This document shows positions 56,414 to 64,000 of a stretch of DNA of 64,000 nt, in pieces. The stretch is from contig JAYTOU010000003.1 of NCBI GenBank assembly GCA_043747615.1, positions 96,001 through 160,000 of the forward strand, in the 5' to 3' direction. Every line of letters begins with the position of its first letter. Positions within the stretch are counted from its first letter, which is position 1. A program made the position numbers and the translations under genes. The notes below the pieces were generated by a model that was not told the origin of the DNA, ran no database searches, and saw only the letters and a list, made by a program, of their open reading frames with translations. The stretch comes from Myxococcales bacterium. Lineage in GTDB: Bacteria; Myxococcota_A; Polyangia; Polyangiales; Polyangiaceae.

Positions 56414-57854
56414 CGACGAAGTCGATGAAGCCCTTCTCCGGCGCAGTGGCGGTGAGCTTGACGCGCACGCTGTCGCCTACATCGAGGCCTTTTTCCCCCA
56501 AAACGATGCGCCCCTCGGCGGGCGGGTCCAGGAGGCGCACGAACGTTCCCGAAGGGGTCACGCCGGTCACGATGGCGTCGAACGTCTCCCCGATGCGCGT
56601 GGAAAGGAAGAGCGCTGCTGCCACTTTGCGCATCACGCGCTCGACCTTGCGGGCGTCGTTCTCTTTTTGGGTGCAGTGGGTGGCCGCCTCGGCGAGCTCC
56701 TGATCGGAGTAGGGAGACGGGCGCTCGTTCGTCGCTGCCTTCAGAAGACGCTGCGTGACGAGATCGGCGAATCTCCGGTTCGGCGCGGTCGAATGATTGT
56801 AGTCCTGCACCGCGAGCCCGAAGTGCCCATCGTGCGCAGCGCCGGGAAGAGAAAGCACGTACTCGCCGGGGCCAAGCAGCTTCACGACGGAGAGCGAGAT
56901 GTCCGCGAATTTAGCGGGATGCGCCGCCTTCTGGGCGCTCAAGAAAGCGGATAGCGCCACGGGACTCGGCTCGGTCGGAAGCTCAGTGCCCGCTGCGCGC
57001 GCGAGCTCGACGATGCGATCCCAGCGCTTGGGCGTCTTGACGATGCGCCGGATGGAAGGCAAGGCGTGGTTCTCGAGAAACCGCGCGGTCACTCCGTTGG
57101 CGGCGATCATCAAGTCCTCGATGAGCTCGCGCGCGCGGCTCTTCTTGGTGACGACGAGATCGACGATGTGTCCATCCTTGGCGACCGGATTCGCTTCGAT
57201 GGTGTCGAACTCGAGCGCGCCGTGCTCGAAGCGCCGACGCTTTAGCCAGGTGGTCGCTTCGTCCTGCATGCGGAGCTGATCTTCCATCCCCGCGATCGCC
57301 CGGGCTCCTTCGGGGAGAGGCCCCTTCCCCTCCAGCCAATCGCCGACATCCTCGTAGGTGAGCTTCGCCCGATTGACGACGAGAGCCTGGAAAACACGCT
57401 CGTTCGTGAGACTGCCGTCTTTTGCGACCGTCATCTCGACGACCACCGCGTAGCGTTCGCCATCGGCGAGGAGCGAGGTGCGATTGGTCGACAGCTCCTC
57501 GGGGAGCATCGGAAACATTTCGACGCCGGTGTAGATCGACGCGGTGTTCCAGGCGGCGTGCTTGTCGATGGCTGAGCCCTTGAGGACAAACGCGTCGACG
57601 TCCGCAATCCCCACGAGCAGCCGCGTCCGACCGTCGGGCAGACGCTCGCTCACTTCGATCTGATCCAGATCGCGCGACTCCCGATTGTCGATCGACGACC
57701 AGGGCAGTCGGCGTAGATCTTCGCCACCCGGCGGGACACGAAGGACGTGCTCCCGCATGCTCGCCAGCTCCGTCGCCACCTCCGGCTCGAACTCCGCGTG
57801 GAAACCATTTTCCTTCATCGCCCGAGAAGCGGCGGCTCGAAGATCGAACTCCAT
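56397..57854 (-). CDS. RNB-domain ribonuclease (short RNase II/R-like)
   Basis: 'SIDNRESRDLDQ', 'LIEDLMIAAN', 'HFGL...YNHSTAPNRRFADL', C-terminal S1-like. Confidence 0.92.
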   Translation of the reverse strand: MEFDLRAAASRAMKENGFHAEFEPEVATELASMREHVLRVPPGGEDLRRLPWSSIDNRESRDLDQIEVSERLPDGRTRLLVGIADVDAFVLKGSAIDKHAAWNTASIYTGVEMFPMLPEELSTNRTSLLADGERYAVVVEMTVAKDGSLTNERVFQALVVNRAKLTYEDVGDWLEGKGPLPEGARAIAGMEDQLRMQDEATTWLKRRRFEHGALEFDTIEANPVAKDGHIVDLVVTKKSRARELIEDLMIAANGVTARFLENHALPSIRRIVKTPKRWDRIVELARAAGTELPTEPSPVALSAFLSAQKAAHPAKFADISLSVVKLLGPGEYVLSLPGAAHDGHFGLAVQDYNHSTAPNRRFADLVTQRLLKAATNERPSPYSDQELAEAATHCTQKENDARKVERVMRKVAAALFLSTRIGETFDAIVTGVTPSGTFVRLLDPPAEGRIVLGEKGLDVGDSVRVKLTATAPEKGFIDFVVAASQ

Positions 57855-57858
57855 CGGC

Positions 57859-58638
57859 CTACTTTCCACCGATCTTGAGGCCGCCGGCGACGAGCGAGTC
57901 GAGCACGTGAGTGTCTTCGATGGGTGAGCCTTCGACCATGAGGGACCGGAGCTTCTTCAGCCCCACCAGCGGGTGGAGATCTTTCACCTGGGTGGTCTTG
58001 ATGCTCAGCTTCTCGAGCTTCGTGCATTTCGCGAGTGGCGAGAGATCCGTGACGCTGGTGTCGTCGAGCGTGAGCTCGGTGAGGACGGTGAAGTTCGCGA
58101 GCGGCGCAATGTCTTTGATCTGCGTCTTGACGAGGCCGAGCCGGTCGAGGTGAATCATCCGAGCGATCGGCGCGAGGTTCGACACCTTGTTGCTCGACGC
58201 GAAGAGCGTCTCGAGCTGGGTGAGGCTGGCAATCGGCGTGAGATCTTCGAGATCGCCGGGACCGAAGAAGAGATCCTTCAGCCCCGTGAAGAGGGGGAAA
58301 ACGCAGGGATCGATGTCATCAACGGGCACGCTGGTCAGGTTGAGCGATTTGACCTTTGCGAGATCCGCCTTGGTGATCGCGCCTTGTGGCTTGGCGAGCT
58401 TCTTGCGCACCTCTGCCTCGAGACCGGGCATGTTGAAGGTGATCGTGGTGGCCGCGGGATCGCACTTGATCTCTTTTTTCTTCGCTGGCTCGGCCGCAGC
58501 ACTCGCGGAAGGGACGGCGGTGGCAACGACCGGAGGCGGCGGAGTCACGCTCGCAACGGGGGCGGAGTCTTTTTTCGGCTCGTCGCAAGCAGCAAGGGCG
58601 AGGAGCGCGATTATGGATACGCAGAGAGGCTTGTACAT
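57859..58638 (-). CDS. Internalin-like leucine-rich-repeat lipoprotein
   Basis: Lipobox LAAC; 22-aa LRRs 'LTELTLDDTSVTDLSPLAKC'. Confidence 0.9.
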   Translation of the reverse strand: MYKPLCVSIIALLALAACDEPKKDSAPVASVTPPPPVVATAVPSASAAAEPAKKKEIKCDPAATTITFNMPGLEAEVRKKLAKPQGAITKADLAKVKSLNLTSVPVDDIDPCVFPLFTGLKDLFFGPGDLEDLTPIASLTQLETLFASSNKVSNLAPIARMIHLDRLGLVKTQIKDIAPLANFTVLTELTLDDTSVTDLSPLAKCTKLEKLSIKTTQVKDLHPLVGLKKLRSLMVEGSPIEDTHVLDSLVAGGLKIGGK

Positions 58639-58656
58639 GGCCGCGAAGCTTAGCCT

Positions 58657-60207
58657 TCAGGAAAGCTCGGGGAGCACCATTTTCGACGCGGCTCGCACTT
58701 CGTAGCTGAGCACGAGCTTCTCTGTCGCCCGGCCAGCGAGCTCCACCTCGCGCTCGGCGAGACCGTCGCGTTCGTCGAGCGTCCACTCCTTGTGCCCGAG
58801 CCAGACCACCTCGAGGCCGGCGATCTCGCTGACCGGAATACGCTCGACGACCTTCACGCGTTTCGGCTCGCGCGAAAGGTTGGAGAGCCACACCGTCACG
58901 GTGCGCTTGCGCTTCTGGGTGCCGACGATCGCGGTGGTATCGTCTACATTTTCCACGGTGCGGCGAACGCGAACCGCGTCCTCCGTGCCGAAGCCGAGCT
59001 CGAACGGCTCACCGCTGCCCACGAAGCGAAGACGCGCGCGGCCGGCCACCACGCCGTCGATGGTGACGTGAACCGGGCCTGCGAGGAGCGGCGATCCCCC
59101 TCCGAGCGTGGCCGTCGCACGCACGTGAGCGATGGCCGCAAGCTCTGGAAAGGCGACGATCGCGATCTTCGCGTCTAGCGTCACCCGTGCAATTTCGACC
59201 CGCGCAGGACGACCGTCAGAGGCGATGCGCACCGTCGATTTGGTCTGGAATGTGAGGGGAACCCCGCCGTCGTCTACGCCGGGCATCTCTTCGACGGCGC
59301 GCTCGCCCTCGAGCCCTGCGTGGAAGATCGTTTGATCGCGTGCCTCGATGACGGTGCGGTGTCTCTCGTCGTCGGTCCGGCGCCGCGAGACGACGAGGTC
59401 TTCGGTAACGAGCGGAGCGGTGGCGTTTTGGGCGGGGCGCGCTGTCGACAGGTGCAGCTCCACGTCGTTCCACGCTTCCCCCGTTCGTTGCCAGACCGCG
59501 CCCCAGGTCACGATTTCGATCCGAGACTTCGAATCTTTTTCGCGCACCACGCGGGCGGTATGCTCCGGTCGCCAAAGCGCGCCCGCCGTGCGGTAGCTAA
59601 TCTCGAGCGAGGCTTCTTCTGCGTCGCCCTCGAGGTGCACCTCGACAATCGCTTCGTGGCGAACGAGCGCGGCGTGACCCTCGCGCAGCCGAGCTTGGGC
59701 GCGTTTCCAGTCGTCCTCGGCGCGGAGACGAGAGCTCTTCGCCTGACTGATCGTGGTGAGGGCCTCGGCCTCTGCTCGGACGAGTTGCTCGTGGGCCGCA
59801 CGCCAAGCATCTGCGCGTTCGCCCACGAAGCCGTTGGGCACGAGCACCAGCCCCGCGGCCCAGCGTTCTCCGAGCGTGCGTCCATGCTCCGCACACGCAT
59901 GGGCACGAGCCGCTGCAGAATCCGCATCGCGTATTCTTCTAGCGCAAGCCCGCGCGACCTCTTCCAGCGCCTCGAGCTCATCTCGACCGATGGCCTGATC
60001 GTGGTGCACCTTGCGCTTCACTCGTGCGCCGAGAACACGGCCGCCTCCTTTGACCACGCGGACCTGGACGCTGCGGTCGTCGAGGTAAGGGCTCATTCCG
60101 CCAAACGCGAGCCACGCTCCACCGACGGGCGCATGCGCCTTGGCATCGCGGACGACCTCCGCACGATCCTCGAAGAGCGTCACCTTGCGAATGCGGCTCT
60201 CAATCAC
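58657..60207 (-). CDS. DUF4140/DUF4139 (MuiA-like) protein
   Basis: 'VTLFEDRAEVVR', 'WQRTGEAWNDVELHLSTARP', 'VVERIPVSE'. Confidence 0.88.
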   Translation of the reverse strand: MIESRIRKVTLFEDRAEVVRDAKAHAPVGGAWLAFGGMSPYLDDRSVQVRVVKGGGRVLGARVKRKVHHDQAIGRDELEALEEVARACARRIRDADSAAARAHACAEHGRTLGERWAAGLVLVPNGFVGERADAWRAAHEQLVRAEAEALTTISQAKSSRLRAEDDWKRAQARLREGHAALVRHEAIVEVHLEGDAEEASLEISYRTAGALWRPEHTARVVREKDSKSRIEIVTWGAVWQRTGEAWNDVELHLSTARPAQNATAPLVTEDLVVSRRRTDDERHRTVIEARDQTIFHAGLEGERAVEEMPGVDDGGVPLTFQTKSTVRIASDGRPARVEIARVTLDAKIAIVAFPELAAIAHVRATATLGGGSPLLAGPVHVTIDGVVAGRARLRFVGSGEPFELGFGTEDAVRVRRTVENVDDTTAIVGTQKRKRTVTVWLSNLSREPKRVKVVERIPVSEIAGLEVVWLGHKEWTLDERDGLAEREVELAGRATEKLVLSYEVRAASKMVLPELS

Positions 60208-62290
60208 GACGGTTGCCCCCTTGTAGCTCGCTCTTGGAGGAGAGCGTGATGCGGTACGCGAACTCGATGTGCGCTTTTCCTCCCGCAGGCACTCCGACGC
60301 GCCAGCGGTGCCCACCGCGGATCGGCTCGCCCTTGTCGGATTGAACGTATTTTTCGGCCTTTGGTCGCGCGGCGCGCAGCTCGATGGTCACGTCTTTGTC
60401 GTCCGTGACTGGAATGCGGTCGAAGACCTCGACCTCGACTTCGTTGCCGAGGGCCGACGCGAGATCGATCGTGATGATGTGATCGCTGAGCGTTTGTCCG
60501 CCCAGGAGCCCTGCCGTCGACTCTTCGACGCGCGCGTTGCGAGCGACGCGCACGCGGTCTTCTACCCCGAGTCCGAGCTCGATCATTCCGCCCCGCCCGA
60601 TGACGCCGATGCGCGAGGCAGTGAGGAGCGCGCCGTCCACGAAGACGTCAACTCCGCCAGGAAGCAGCGCGACGTCGAACGGATTCGTCATCCGTGCCTC
60701 GCGGTACACGTCGCCGGATTCACGCGGCACGACGATGAGACGAGGCTCGCTCCTAGCCTCCGCCGCCGAGAGGAGCACGCGGTGAGCAACTCCGTTCGAG
60801 GGGACGTCCGCCGGCGCGTTCGACTCGTAATGGAGCTGATAGCCCCGCGATGCGTACGCGCGCGGATCGGTCGCATCCGCAGGCACGACTCGCTCGATCT
60901 TCTCGCGCGCAACGGCGGCAGGCCCCGCATCACCCGCCACCCCCGGATCCTGCGCCAGGCGACCACGGTGCGCGCGATCGTTCATCTGCCCGAGGATCAA
61001 GCGGTCGAAATCCAACCACGTGTCGGCGGGCTCAAGCGACTCCTTGCCCGTGCTCACTGCGCGCTTCGCGACCGCCGCGGACTCGCTGCCTGTCGTCATG
61101 CCTTGGGGAGCTGCACCCGGCGCCCCCATCGTTCCCGCGGCGCCTGCAGCTCCGCCGAACGCCGCCATCGTCCGTGCTTTCGACTCCGCGCGACGCGGCA
61201 TCGGAGCCGCACCCCCCGTAGGCGGCAGCATTGCTCTGCTCGGCGGCGCAGGCGCGCGCGAGACGACGGGGCCGAATGTGTCCTCGTAGTCCTCTTCTTG
61301 TGCCGTGAGCGGCGGCGGTGCGGGGGCGGGCGGAGGAGGCGGTGGAGGGGCGGGTGCGCGCGGCGCAGGTCCCTTGGAAACAGCGCTGTCGTAGCCACCG
61401 AACATAGCCTCGAGCCCCTCGGGGAGCGGGCGGTAACCGCGACGCGGCGGCGTCTGCGCACGACCCAGACGGAACGACGCTAGCTCTGGGAGGCGCGCAT
61501 CGCGAATGAGATCCACCGTCGCGAGCGTGAGTGCGACGCCGGTCCAATCTTCGCCACTGGCCTGCGCGACGTGCGCCTCGAGCGCCCACGCTGCTCTCTG
61601 ATTTTGTTCGGTAAGCCTCACCGTGTAGGCCGGCCACCACCGCGCCCCTGGGACGCCGTAGGAGATCTCGAGTGCGGAGAGAGAAGCCGCATCGCCGGGA
61701 CCGAGCCGCACGATGATCTCGTAGCTCGGGTGCCCTGCCCCTGCGCGGTCTGCACTGCGCGCCTGCGCCACCTCGAGCTCCGAGCGCTCGATCTCGCGGG
61801 CGTTCTTTCGCGCCGCCTCCTCGAGATCCATGAGCTTCGCGTCGATCGAGGCTGCGAGTCCGTCAGCGAGCCTGGAGACCGCGAGCGCGTCTCGCATCTT
61901 GCCTTCAGGATCAATTTTTCGCCACGTGCTGTCGAGGCGTGGCGCCGGCACGAGATCGGCGAAGAGCTGACGTCGAGCTTGAAGATAGTGGCGTTCGAGC
62001 TCGAGCTGATCGCGCGCGAGAAGGAGCTCCCGCACTTGCTCGATGACCTTGCCCGGTGGCGACGGGGCGGCGGGAATGACCAAGCGGGTCCTCAAGAGGA
62101 TGACGTCGCGGCTGCCTTTAAGCGACGCCCGTGCCGATCCCCGCATGGCGAGCGGAGTGATACCGGCGATCACGAGATCGACTTCGCACTCGGGAATTTC
62201 GAGGGGCAGCTTCACGCTCCGGGTGACGACCGCGCCGCGCGCGAAGACGGCGACGTGCTTGATCTGGCTCTCGCAGAGTATCTCGCTCAC
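60200..62290 (-). CDS. DUF4140/DUF4139 protein
   Basis: 'VAVFARGAVVTR', 'ARWWPAY', 'QASGEDW', 'VFDRIPV', ends 'GGNRRD'. Confidence 0.88.
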   Translation of the reverse strand: MSEILCESQIKHVAVFARGAVVTRSVKLPLEIPECEVDLVIAGITPLAMRGSARASLKGSRDVILLRTRLVIPAAPSPPGKVIEQVRELLLARDQLELERHYLQARRQLFADLVPAPRLDSTWRKIDPEGKMRDALAVSRLADGLAASIDAKLMDLEEAARKNAREIERSELEVAQARSADRAGAGHPSYEIIVRLGPGDAASLSALEISYGVPGARWWPAYTVRLTEQNQRAAWALEAHVAQASGEDWTGVALTLATVDLIRDARLPELASFRLGRAQTPPRRGYRPLPEGLEAMFGGYDSAVSKGPAPRAPAPPPPPPPAPAPPPLTAQEEDYEDTFGPVVSRAPAPPSRAMLPPTGGAAPMPRRAESKARTMAAFGGAAGAAGTMGAPGAAPQGMTTGSESAAVAKRAVSTGKESLEPADTWLDFDRLILGQMNDRAHRGRLAQDPGVAGDAGPAAVAREKIERVVPADATDPRAYASRGYQLHYESNAPADVPSNGVAHRVLLSAAEARSEPRLIVVPRESGDVYREARMTNPFDVALLPGGVDVFVDGALLTASRIGVIGRGGMIELGLGVEDRVRVARNARVEESTAGLLGGQTLSDHIITIDLASALGNEVEVEVFDRIPVTDDKDVTIELRAARPKAEKYVQSDKGEPIRGGHRWRVGVPAGGKAHIEFAYRITLSSKSELQGGNRRD

Positions 62291-62333
62291 GGTGGGGGCA
62301 TCCTATCGCGAGAGCCGTGCTATGTGCACCCGC

Positions 62334-62834
62334 ATGCTCGACACCTTACGGACCACGCTCTACCGCGTCATCACCACTGCGCGCGGCGATGGCTTCGCGC
62401 CGGTGCGCATTCCGAAAGATCTCGCCCGCCGCGCGAACGCGCTCTTGGGGCAGCCGCTGTGCTCACCGAGCGAGCTCGAGATCCGCCGCGCCGCAGAGGC
62501 CAAGCTCGCATCCCTCCGCGCGGGCACCGCTGTTCCCGCGACGACAAAGACGACCGCTCGCAAAGAGGCGGTGCCGGTGATGGTCTACTTCGAAAAAGAT
62601 CGGAACAAGCGCGAGCAGACGCGGATCGAAGAGCTGCTCGTCTCCAAGTCCATTGCGTTCACGGGTCTCGACGTGGCGGGCGACGAAGCCACGCAGGTCT
62701 TTGTGACCCGCCAGGCTAAGTGTGAGCTCGACGATCTGCCCATCGTGTTCATCGCCGGCAAGCCCATCGGCGGATACAAAGAGCTCGTCGAAGCCGACGT
62801 GTGCGGCGATCTGAAAAAAGCCCTCGCGGGCTGA
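62334..62834 (+). CDS. Glutaredoxin-like domain protein lacking CxxC
   Basis: C-terminal 'LPIVFIAGKPIGGYKEL...GDLKKAL'; start 62322 or 62334. Confidence 0.75.
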   Translation: MLDTLRTTLYRVITTARGDGFAPVRIPKDLARRANALLGQPLCSPSELEIRRAAEAKLASLRAGTAVPATTKTTARKEAVPVMVYFEKDRNKREQTRIEELLVSKSIAFTGLDVAGDEATQVFVTRQAKCELDDLPIVFIAGKPIGGYKELVEADVCGDLKKALAG

Positions 62835-62980
62835 CGAACGATGAAGACGATCGACGGCGCTTCTCGGCTACGCGATCCATACGAGTGTCTCGTCGAGGGG
62901 TCCGGTCGCGATCGCCGCGTGGTTCGACCTGCATCGGTAGTCCGCCCGCCGTCGTCACAGCGGCTCCCGCGCACTCGTTT

Positions 62981-63874
62981 TTAAAACCTGCCGACGATGC
63001 TGGCTCCGCCGGCGCGGGGGGACACGCTTGGCAGAACACTCCACCAAACGCCCTTCTTTCCAGCGTTGTTCGCGACACCGTCTTCGAGCACCTCGGGGTG
63101 ACTTGGTAGTCCGACCGCGATGAGGAGCGCTCCGAGCGCCTGAGCAACACCGCTCGTAACGAGGCCAACGCGGGCGGCGGTCTCTCCGACGCACGGGTCG
63201 AGGGGGAGAGCGTCCGTTACCGGCGTGGTGCAGCGTTCGCGGCCCGCGAGATCGATCCATGGGCCCACCACGGGCACGAAGAGCGCGCGATCTCCGCTTC
63301 GCGACGACGCCCCTCCGGCATACGCCGACGGCAAGTAGGCGAGCGACAGGATGATCACGCCCGTGACGAGCGCCGCGGTGTAGCGGTGGGTGACGACGTG
63401 GCCGCCACCGGGGATGGCATCGTCGACCTCGAACGTTCCGCCGACCTCGATGCGATCGGTCGCCTTCAGAGGGATCACAGTCTCGCCTGCCGCGAGCTTG
63501 CCGCGCACTTCATCGGAGTCGTGCGGCGAGCTGGCAGTGCCTGGCTCGAAGTGGATCGTCGCCGCAGGGTCGCCCCCGCGCCGTACCGCGGTGATACGCT
63601 CCTGCGCGTCGAGCTCGATCACGTCCCCGCGCTGAAGTTTGTGCACGTAGACGTCGCGCGCGCTCGAGACGATCACCTTGTCGGAGGTGATCTTGGCGTC
63701 GGCCGGAATGCTCGTCCGCTCCGTCTCGCCGATGACTGCGGTGGGGACGAGCTTGGTCCCCGCGAGATCCCCGGCCTGCTTCGGCGTAACCACCCGGCTG
63801 ATGGCGATGGTGCCTGGCGCACACGCCGAGACGGCCGTCGCCGCGAGAACGAGCGCGAGCGCACGTCCGCTCAC
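62981..63874 (-). CDS. Hypothetical lipoprotein/membrane protein
   Basis: Lipobox VSAC; C-terminal hydrophobic hairpins 'LFVPVVGPW' and terminal 'GASIVGRF'. Confidence 0.7.
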   Translation of the reverse strand: MSGRALALVLAATAVSACAPGTIAISRVVTPKQAGDLAGTKLVPTAVIGETERTSIPADAKITSDKVIVSSARDVYVHKLQRGDVIELDAQERITAVRRGGDPAATIHFEPGTASSPHDSDEVRGKLAAGETVIPLKATDRIEVGGTFEVDDAIPGGGHVVTHRYTAALVTGVIILSLAYLPSAYAGGASSRSGDRALFVPVVGPWIDLAGRERCTTPVTDALPLDPCVGETAARVGLVTSGVAQALGALLIAVGLPSHPEVLEDGVANNAGKKGVWWSVLPSVSPRAGGASIVGRF

Positions 63875-64000
63875 CGTGTGAACTCCACTGACCTTCCGAG
63901 GTGACCTATGCTGCGCGCCTCGAGACAGCACGGAGAGCCCGGTTCGACGATACGGCAGTCCTCCGGGCGACGCTCGTAGACGGCACACGGGAATTTGCCG

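Noticed and set aside
57640..57700. RNB active site DLDQ instead of DxDD as a sign of inactivation
   Set aside because: Three acidic residues are retained and, to my knowledge, DLDQ is common in short RNB proteins

Overview
High-GC bacterial chromosomal DNA, densely coding. The gene content points to Myxococcota, most likely Polyangiaceae/Sorangiineae (inference): FHA-sigma54 activators, a Ser/Thr kinase, DUF4388, a DUF4139 pair and many Cys-rich lipoproteins with Asp-Ala-Gly tails. Housekeeping genes include pyrF, rlmB, dnaE, coaE, argS, rbgA, an RNB ribonuclease and tRNA-Lys(UUU). I found no CRISPR array, rRNA, integrase or transposase. Main points of interest: (1) A mostly opposite-strand ~8.7 kb block separates the first ATPase of an Mce/Mla transporter from the rest of the operon. 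It carries a clock-less KaiC-like ATPase module (small protein, KaiC, hybrid kinase) and a second kinase. An unannotated, decayed second kaiC 3' end lies in front of that second kinase, and both kinases share an N-terminal 'QREANE.L.LAAL' helix. (2) A minimal type II FAS/PKS-like cluster has one ACP, two single-chain ketosynthase/chain-length-factor-like fusions and a LolB-like lipoprotein. (3) A T3SS SctJ ring gene with no other T3SS genes in the window is translationally coupled to the Mla ATPase. (4) A broken kinase/FHA/sigma54 chimera. (5) A DUF4388 protein with a tandem MshEN-type motif, an ArgRS with a non-canonical HIGH motif, and a perfect 3x16 bp repeat. All family calls come from motif recognition by eye; no searches were run.
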